Of a DNA stretch of 64,000 nt, positions 58,202 to 64,000 are shown piece by piece; the first letter of the stretch is position 1; every line of letters begins with the position of its first letter. Location of the stretch: contig CAJTQT010000002.1 in the NCBI GenBank assembly GCA_910578325.1, positions 10,498-74,497 of the forward strand. Direction: 5' to 3'. Source of the DNA: an uncultured Christensenella sp. (GTDB taxonomy: Bacteria; Bacillota; Clostridia; Christensenellales; CAG-917). A model generated the notes under the pieces. The model saw only the letters and a list, made by a program, of their open reading frames with translations. It did no database searches and was not told the origin of the DNA. The translations under genes and the position numbers were made by a program.

Positions 58202-59581
58202 ATGAAAGACTTAAATCAAAGGATTTGTATCATCGGTGGCGGTCCCGCCGGTACGAGTGCTGCAATGTACTTGGAAAAGAAGGGATATACCAACTACGTC
58301 ATTTATGAAAAATCCGATCACGTCGGCGGTAAGGCGTTTTCTCCCAAAATGAGAGTGAAAACCGCGGACGGCAAGTGGGAAGAGCGCACCATCGAAATGG
58401 GCGCGGTTATGGGTTGCGATACGTATTTTGCCGTTCAGGAATGCGAAGTGTTCGGCGGTACGACTCACCTTGACGGACCTCCTATGGGACGTAAATTTAT
58501 GATGACAGACGGCACGCCTCAGAAACTGTCTCCCGTTGCGATGCTCAAAAAAGTTATGAAAATGAACAAACTTTCCAGACTTCTCAACAAGAAATACTAC
58601 GGTTACGACGTCAACGGTCACCGCGGCGTTGCGCAGGGTAAGTACGAAGGTATGTGCCCCTCGCCCAAAATGAAACTTAAACGCATCAAGGGCGTAAACC
58701 CCAACCTTAAAGATTTGAGTATGCCTTTTTCCGAGTTCCTCAAACTCAATAAATGCGAGGACGCGGTCACCGTTTGGAAAGGACCTTTTACGTCTTTCGG
58801 TTACGGCTATTTCGATGAAATCCCCGCGGCGTACGTGCTCAAATATCTCGACGCGTTTACCGTAAGACAATTCCTGTCCACCGGTAAACTCTGGACTTGG
58901 AAAAACGGAACGCAGTCCATCTGGGAAGGCGTAAACGCACACCTCAAAAACCCCGCGATTCTCAACTCCGAGGTTACCAACGTCAGAAGAACCGAGGACA
59001 AGGTATACGTGACTGTCAACGGCACGGAGGAAGAGTTTGATAAACTCATCATCTGCACGCCGCTTGAAATGTTCCTCGAATACGGTGATCCGCGCGCGGA
59101 GGAAACCGAACTCTTCAACAAGATTCAAAACAAAAAGTATTTCACGATGGCTGTCAGAACGGCAGAAGGCAACACTCCCGAAATTTCGTATTACTTCTTC
59201 GAGAATATGACAAACGAAACCCGCGGTCACCTTATGGTTTTCTATCACCGTTGGCCGCAGGAAGAAGTCACCGACCAGCCTGTCGTTACGTTTACGTTGC
59301 GTAATCACGAGGGTATGGAAGACGTTCCTTTCGAAGTTGCAAGAGACACCACGCTCGCCGATATGGAGAAGTGCGGAAGAAAGGTTGAGGAAGTTGAGAG
59401 AATCGACGACTGGTATTATTTCCCGCACGTCGGCTCCAAAGACTATGCTGACGGCTGGTATGACAAAGTCGAAGCGATGCAGGGCAAGGATAACACCTTC
59501 TATGCAGGCGAAGTTATGGCGTTCGGCGATATGGAAGAAACCGTCGAATACAGCAGAGACCTCGTACACAGATTCTTTTGA
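58202..59581 (+). CDS. FAD-dependent oxidoreductase-fold enzyme, polyunsaturated fatty acid (linoleate) isomerase PAI-like
   Basis: Rossmann ICIIGGGPAGTSAAMYL...DHVGGK. The C-terminal stretch WYYFPHVGSKDYADGWYDKVEAMQGKDNTFYAGEVMAFGDMEETVEYSRDLVHRFF, together with FGYGYFDEIPAAYVLKYLD and LWTWKNGTQ, matches my recollection of the Cutibacterium acnes PAI sequence. This is unverified. Confidence 0.55.
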   Translation: MKDLNQRICIIGGGPAGTSAAMYLEKKGYTNYVIYEKSDHVGGKAFSPKMRVKTADGKWEERTIEMGAVMGCDTYFAVQECEVFGGTTHLDGPPMGRKFMMTDGTPQKLSPVAMLKKVMKMNKLSRLLNKKYYGYDVNGHRGVAQGKYEGMCPSPKMKLKRIKGVNPNLKDLSMPFSEFLKLNKCEDAVTVWKGPFTSFGYGYFDEIPAAYVLKYLDAFTVRQFLSTGKLWTWKNGTQSIWEGVNAHLKNPAILNSEVTNVRRTEDKVYVTVNGTEEEFDKLIICTPLEMFLEYGDPRAEETELFNKIQNKKYFTMAVRTAEGNTPEISYYFFENMTNETRGHLMVFYHRWPQEEVTDQPVVTFTLRNHEGMEDVPFEVARDTTLADMEKCGRKVEEVERIDDWYYFPHVGSKDYADGWYDKVEAMQGKDNTFYAGEVMAFGDMEETVEYSRDLVHRFF

Positions 59582-59601
59582 TAGAATTAATTCAGACGTA
59601 A

Positions 59602-59632
59602 AGGCAGGCTATCGCAGGATAGCCTGTCTTTT
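59602..59632 (+). terminator. Terminator after the PAI-like gene
   Basis: 12-bp stem AGGCAGGCTATC / GATAGCCTGTCT followed by TTT. Confidence 0.75.
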
Positions 59633-59842
59633 GAAATTCGAAACTTTGAATACGGCGGCTTGAAATCGGGAAACAGTATATGCTCTTTGCGCGCCGTATG
59701 TGACATCAAAGCAAGCAAACGCTCATAATATTATTAACGGAGCGGAAAATACGGCGGTTTTCCGAGTAAAATTATGGATAATGCAAAATATAGCGATAAA
59801 TAGTGAAAATTGCTCTTTATTTATTTATAGTTTTACTGTATA

Positions 59843-60535
59843 ATGTTAAATATGAGTGAAATAAGGACCATAAACCTTTCAAAAAGCGTATTCGAGGACA
59901 ACGATAACGAAGCGGATCTGCTTCGCGCTTATCTGAAATCCAAAAATCTGTTTTTGGTAAACGTAATGTCTTCTCCCGGAGCGGGAAAAACCACTACGTT
60001 GATTTCGCTTATCAACAGACTGTCTGACAGATTCAGAATAGGAGTGATGGAAGCGGATATCGATTCCGACGTTGACGCGGTGAGAGTTGCCGGCAGGACG
60101 CACTGCAAGTCCGTCCAGTTGCACACGGGCGGTATGTGTCATCTTGACGCCGCTATGACGAAGCAGGGGCTGGACGGCATAGGGATAGATGATTTGGATT
60201 TGGTGTTTTTGGAAAACGTCGGCAATCTCGTCTGTCCTGCGGAATTCGATACGGGCGCGCACCTGAATATGACGATTCTGTCGGTTCCGGAAGGCGACGA
60301 TAAACCGTTGAAATATCCTTTGATATATCAAAAGTGCGATTTGGTGCTCATCAATAAAATCGATGCCGCGCCGTATTTCACTTTTGATTTAAAGAAGTGC
60401 GTGGATAATATAAAATTCAGAAACAATAATTCGACCGTAATCCCGATATCCGCCAAAAGCGGCGAGAATCTGGACGTCGTAGTCGATTATTTTATAAAAA
60501 AATTGTCAAGCGGAGGGAAGAGAGACAATGCCTGA
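59843..60535 (+). CDS. hypB: HypB nickel-metallochaperone GTPase (copy 2)
   Basis: SSPGAGKTTT, GMCHL, ENVGNLVCPAEFD, NKID. Roughly half of residues are identical to copy 1 by eye. An alternative start is ATG 59852. Confidence 0.85.
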   Translation: MLNMSEIRTINLSKSVFEDNDNEADLLRAYLKSKNLFLVNVMSSPGAGKTTTLISLINRLSDRFRIGVMEADIDSDVDAVRVAGRTHCKSVQLHTGGMCHLDAAMTKQGLDGIGIDDLDLVFLENVGNLVCPAEFDTGAHLNMTILSVPEGDDKPLKYPLIYQKCDLVLINKIDAAPYFTFDLKKCVDNIKFRNNNSTVIPISAKSGENLDVVVDYFIKKLSSGGKRDNA

Positions 60536-63428
60536 ACAATGTAATGATAAAAAGGTCAGGAGCAAGTATCAGGGCGAGAAAAACGTAGATAAATGCTATG
60601 TTAAACTCGGAAAGAAAATCACGGACGTAGTCGTACATAAAATCGCAGGATTCGGTTCTGACGCGCCCGAGTATTGGGGATTGAAAGAGGTTCTGACACC
60701 CGAAATGTGCGATATCTGCTGCAAGATGAAGTTGCGCAAATATTACACGTTTGAGGAACTCCTCAAAATGAACAAGGGTTACGAGCCTAAGAGATTGCAC
60801 GATCTGTTCGAAGAAATGTCGCTTATCGGTATCATCGAATACGATTACGGCGACAATTACGGCTATGAGTGTGAACTTAAAGATAAGCCTCGCGTAAAGA
60901 GATATCGCGTGCCTTTCTTCGTTCCCGGTTCCGCGGAGTTGTTCAATTCCACGGTTGAACGCATTCAGAAGAATCCCACGGTTGCGAATTTCTTTGAAAG
61001 AATGACGTTCATTCCTCTTGCGGGCGTAACGCAAATGGTGCCTCCGGGAGGCGACGGCATAGGTATGCACGTTATTCCTGTTGAGAAAGCCATAGAGTCT
61101 GAAAACAAGGCTATGGATATCGAGAAGATTTCCCACTGGCTGAAAAAGTACGACGGACATCTGTCCGCAGGCATCTGCTCCTGCCGCGCGTCCCGCGCAG
61201 TGCTCGGCGACGGCTGTACGGATGACGTTGACGACTGGTGTATTCAGGTCGGTGATATGGCGGATTATGCCGTTGAGACGGGCAGGGCGCATTATATCGA
61301 TAAGGAAAGAGCGCTTGAAATCCTGCAACTCGCCGAAAAGAACGGTTATGTGCATCAGATTACGAACATTGACGGTTCGGACAAGATTTTCGATATCTGC
61401 AACTGTAACGTCAAGATTTGTAACGCTTTGCGTACTTCTATGCTGTTTAACACTCCCAACCTGTCCAGAAGCGCGTACACCGCAAAAGTCGATAAAGAGA
61501 ATTGCGTAGCCTGCGGCAAGTGCGTCGAAGTATGTCCCGGCGGCGCGGTTAAACTCGGTCAGAAACTCTGCCATAAGGACGGCACGGACGTAAAATATCC
61601 GCACGCTCCTTTGCCCGACAACAATATTTGGGGCAAATACGCTTGGGACGAGGCTTATCGCGATACTGCCAGAATGTCCAACACTTACGAAACGGGAAGC
61701 GCGCCCTGTAAGGCGGCTTGTCCTGCACACGTACCCGTACAGGCGTATATCAACCTTGCAAAGCAGGGCAAATATAAAGAGGCTCTCGCTATGATTAAGA
61801 CCGAAAACCCGTTCCCCGCGGTGTGCGGACGCGTTTGCAACAAGCGTTGCGAAGACGCGTGCACGAGAGGTCTTATCGATAAACCCGTATCCATCGACGC
61901 GATTAAGAAGTTCGTTGCGGATTTGGAAATCAATTCCGAAAACCGCTACGTGCCCGAAAAACTCGTTCAGTCAGTATACGGCGAGTTTAAGGAAAAAATC
62001 GCGATTATCGGCGCAGGTCCCGCAGGTTTGAGCGCGGCGTATTATCTCGCACAGATGGGTTATACCCCCACAGTCTTCGAAAAAAACGAAGTTGCCGGCG
62101 GTATGCTTACCTACGGTATCCCCAGTTATAAACTCGAAAAAGACGTTATAGAGGCGGAAATCGAGATAATCAAACAACTCGGAGTCGAAATCAAGTGCGG
62201 CGTAGAGGTTGGAAAAGACGTCACGATTGCGCAACTCAAAGAGCAGGGATATAAAGCGTTCTATATTGCAATAGGCTGTCAGGGCGGAAGACGTCCCGAC
62301 GTTGCGAACAATACCGCCGTCGGCACGGATATCGCAGTCAATTATCTGCGCGAATCATTCGAGAACAGAGATAAAAGATTCGAGGGTGACGTGGTTGTCG
62401 TAGGCGGTGGAAACGTCGCAATCGACTGCGCGAGAAACGCTCACCGTTTGGGCGCAAAGTCCGTAAATATGTTCTGCCTCGAAACGAAGGAAGAAATGCC
62501 CGCTAACGACGATGAGATTATGGAAGCCATCGAGGAAAACGTCACTATAAATACCTCGTGGGGTCCGAAAGAAGTTCTCGTCGGCGAAAACGGAGAAGTT
62601 ACGGGAATCGTATTCAAGAAATGTCTGCGTACAATAGATCCCGCAACGAATAAATTCTCTCCTGTTTATGACGAGGAAACAGTAATCGAAGTCAAAGCAG
62701 ATAAGATTGTATTCGCAATCGGTCAGGCGATTGAATGGGGCAACCTCCTTGAGGGCACCAAAGTGGAATTCTGGCACGGAAATTATCCCGTTGCGGATAA
62801 GTTCACGTATCAGACGGCGGATCCCGATATTTTTGTCGGCGGCGACGTGTATACGGGACCGAGGTTTGTAATCGACGCTATTGCTGCGGGACACGAAGCG
62901 GCAGAGAGTTTGCACCGTCACGTACGTCCTGCGGCGCATATGACTATCGGAAGAGACAGAAGACAGTATACGCCTCTTAACAAAGACGATTTGAAATATC
63001 CGTCCTATGACAAGGCAGGCAGACAGGAAGCGGGAATGGACGAGACAATCGACTATAAGAACTCCTTCAAGGACGCGCACAATACGCTTTCGGAGAAACA
63101 GGTCAAAATCGAAACCAACCGCTGTCTGGGATGCGGTGCGTCGTATGTCGATCCAAACAAGTGTATCGGTTGTGGACTTTGCACGACTAAGTGTCAGTTC
63201 GACGCAATACATCTTGTGAGAGACCATCCGAAGCATTCCACTATGATAGTAGCCGAGAAAAAGGTTGGCGGTCTTTTGAAATATGCGGTCAAGCGCAGTT
63301 TCAGGATTCTTGCGCACGCAGGTTCTAAGGAAGCGAGAATGCTTGCTAAGAAACGCCGTACTTATAAAAAGGCAACTAAGGAATTCCGCAAGAAATATCC
63401 GAACACGGGAAATTCGCAAAATGCATGA
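60528..63428 (+). CDS. Multidomain Fe-S flavoprotein: Cys-rich N-terminal domain, GltD-like NAD(P)H/FAD oxidoreductase, and C-terminal 2x[4Fe-4S] ferredoxin
   Basis: N-terminal Cys motifs GICSCRASRAVLGDGC, CNCNVKIC, CVACGKCVEVCP. GltD-type CKAACPAHVPV...CGRVCNKRCEDAC. Dinucleotide folds IAIIGAGPAGLSAAYYL and VVVVGGGNVAIDCA. C-terminal CLGCGA...CIGCGLCTTKC. Confidence 0.8.
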   Translation: MPEQCNDKKVRSKYQGEKNVDKCYVKLGKKITDVVVHKIAGFGSDAPEYWGLKEVLTPEMCDICCKMKLRKYYTFEELLKMNKGYEPKRLHDLFEEMSLIGIIEYDYGDNYGYECELKDKPRVKRYRVPFFVPGSAELFNSTVERIQKNPTVANFFERMTFIPLAGVTQMVPPGGDGIGMHVIPVEKAIESENKAMDIEKISHWLKKYDGHLSAGICSCRASRAVLGDGCTDDVDDWCIQVGDMADYAVETGRAHYIDKERALEILQLAEKNGYVHQITNIDGSDKIFDICNCNVKICNALRTSMLFNTPNLSRSAYTAKVDKENCVACGKCVEVCPGGAVKLGQKLCHKDGTDVKYPHAPLPDNNIWGKYAWDEAYRDTARMSNTYETGSAPCKAACPAHVPVQAYINLAKQGKYKEALAMIKTENPFPAVCGRVCNKRCEDACTRGLIDKPVSIDAIKKFVADLEINSENRYVPEKLVQSVYGEFKEKIAIIGAGPAGLSAAYYLAQMGYTPTVFEKNEVAGGMLTYGIPSYKLEKDVIEAEIEIIKQLGVEIKCGVEVGKDVTIAQLKEQGYKAFYIAIGCQGGRRPDVANNTAVGTDIAVNYLRESFENRDKRFEGDVVVVGGGNVAIDCARNAHRLGAKSVNMFCLETKEEMPANDDEIMEAIEENVTINTSWGPKEVLVGENGEVTGIVFKKCLRTIDPATNKFSPVYDEETVIEVKADKIVFAIGQAIEWGNLLEGTKVEFWHGNYPVADKFTYQTADPDIFVGGDVYTGPRFVIDAIAAGHEAAESLHRHVRPAAHMTIGRDRRQYTPLNKDDLKYPSYDKAGRQEAGMDETIDYKNSFKDAHNTLSEKQVKIETNRCLGCGASYVDPNKCIGCGLCTTKCQFDAIHLVRDHPKHSTMIVAEKKVGGLLKYAVKRSFRILAHAGSKEARMLAKKRRTYKKATKEFRKKYPNTGNSQNA

Positions 63429-63768
63429 GTTAGGTATAGTAGTTCACGTTATAGAACAGGTCGAGAAAGTCGCGGATGAAAACAACGTCGATAAGGTGAC
63501 GAAGTTGACTCTTGAAGTCGGCGAAGTTTCCTCAGTTGTGCCCGAACTTTTTAAAGACTGTTTTGAGTGGTCTAAGAAAAAATCCGAGTATCTCAAAGAT
63601 GCGGAACTCGAACTGGTAGTTCTCGAAGGTATATCGTATTGCGAAGACTGCGGTCAGACGTACAAAACAACGTCTTATGCAAAACAATGCCCGCATTGCG
63701 GAAGCAATAAGACGTATCTTGTCACAGGGAACGAAGTTAGAATCAAGGATATAGAGGTTTTGCAGTAA
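63421..63768 (+). CDS. hypA: Nickel metallochaperone HypA
   Basis: ORF track 63283..63768. Start moved to ATG 63421 (8-nt overlap with the upstream stop). N-terminal MHE nickel motif and a zinc site CEDCG...CPHCG. Confidence 0.9.
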   Translation: MHELGIVVHVIEQVEKVADENNVDKVTKLTLEVGEVSSVVPELFKDCFEWSKKKSEYLKDAELELVVLEGISYCEDCGQTYKTTSYAKQCPHCGSNKTYLVTGNEVRIKDIEVLQ

Positions 63769-63786
63769 CCCATTTTAAAAAGATGA

Positions 63787-63812
63787 AAAGCAGTCCGAAA
63801 GGGCTGCTTTTT
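63787..63812 (+). terminator. Terminator after hypA
   Basis: AAAGCAGTCC-GAAA-GGGCTGCTTT followed by TT. Confidence 0.75.
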
Positions 63813-64000
63813 AACGTGTAATGATCCCGCCAAATTTTAAAAATTCACCGTTTACCCGTTCAATGTATCCTAATTTTGTTTTAATTTCAAATATGTGATT
63901 ATAGATGGCGCATTTTTGCTACGACAAAAATATAATGGAATACAAAATCTATCACCTTGGAGGGAGCCGATGGCAAATGCAGAAAGATTTTACATAGGCG

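Noticed and set aside
3916-63419. Many long ORFs in the track lie antisense to, or out of frame with, well-supported genes. Examples: 3916..4551, 4669..5385, 7133..8050, 12226..13404, 17200..18024, 20306..21235, 23666..25048, 36504..37526, 48211..48939, 58211..59569, 60492..61730, 62355..63419.
   Set aside because: Each overlaps a gene whose translation carries unmistakable family motifs (ileS, smc, ffh, plsX, hyp genes and others). The shadow ORFs are Arg/Ser/Phe-rich and low in complexity, and they lack RBSs. They are treated as non-coding.
63972-64000. Possible start of a plus-strand gene (GGAGGGAG RBS, then ATG at 63972, MANAERFYIG...) at the window edge.
   Set aside because: Only 29 nt are visible, which is too short to support a CDS call or any function.

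Overview
This is a 64-kb chromosomal window from a Bacillota (Clostridia-like) bacterium. All homology calls below are by-eye motif recognition on the supplied translations and sequence; no searches or folding programs were run.

About two thirds of the window is conserved housekeeping synteny:
- ileS, pta-ackA, rpmF-plsX-rnc-smc-ftsY
- ylxM-ffh-rpsP-khpA-rimM-trmD-rbgA-rnhB-yraN-rplS
- lepA-hemW and rho
- tRNA-Gly(CCC) and tRNA-Ser(GGA)
- a Bacillus-type large SRP RNA on the minus strand that the ORF track cannot show, so SRP RNA, FtsY and Ffh are all present in this window

Downstream of tRNA-Ser the character changes:
- an ~850-bp gene-less AT-rich gap
- a two-component system in one operon with a 995-aa lipoprotein
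- a second operon with an 1106-aa lipoprotein and two paralogous membrane proteins
- a 1552-aa BspA-type LRR lipoprotein whose only visible promoter lies between perfect 24-bp inverted repeats, a candidate invertible phase-variation switch

The right end carries hypB, a PAI-like FAD isomerase, and a translationally coupled hypB / Fe-S flavoprotein / hypA unit. No hydrogenase genes are in view.

Other non-obvious signals:
- 44-nt tandem repeats that copy the 5' acceptor strand of tRNA-Ser into minihelix-like hairpins
- an unclassified structured RNA candidate behind a near-consensus promoter
- three CACG-N3-CGTG sites upstream of an orphan ABC-2 exporter
- a duplicated palindromic operator over the ylxM-ffh promoter

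No CRISPR array, transposase, integrase or recognisable defence gene was seen.
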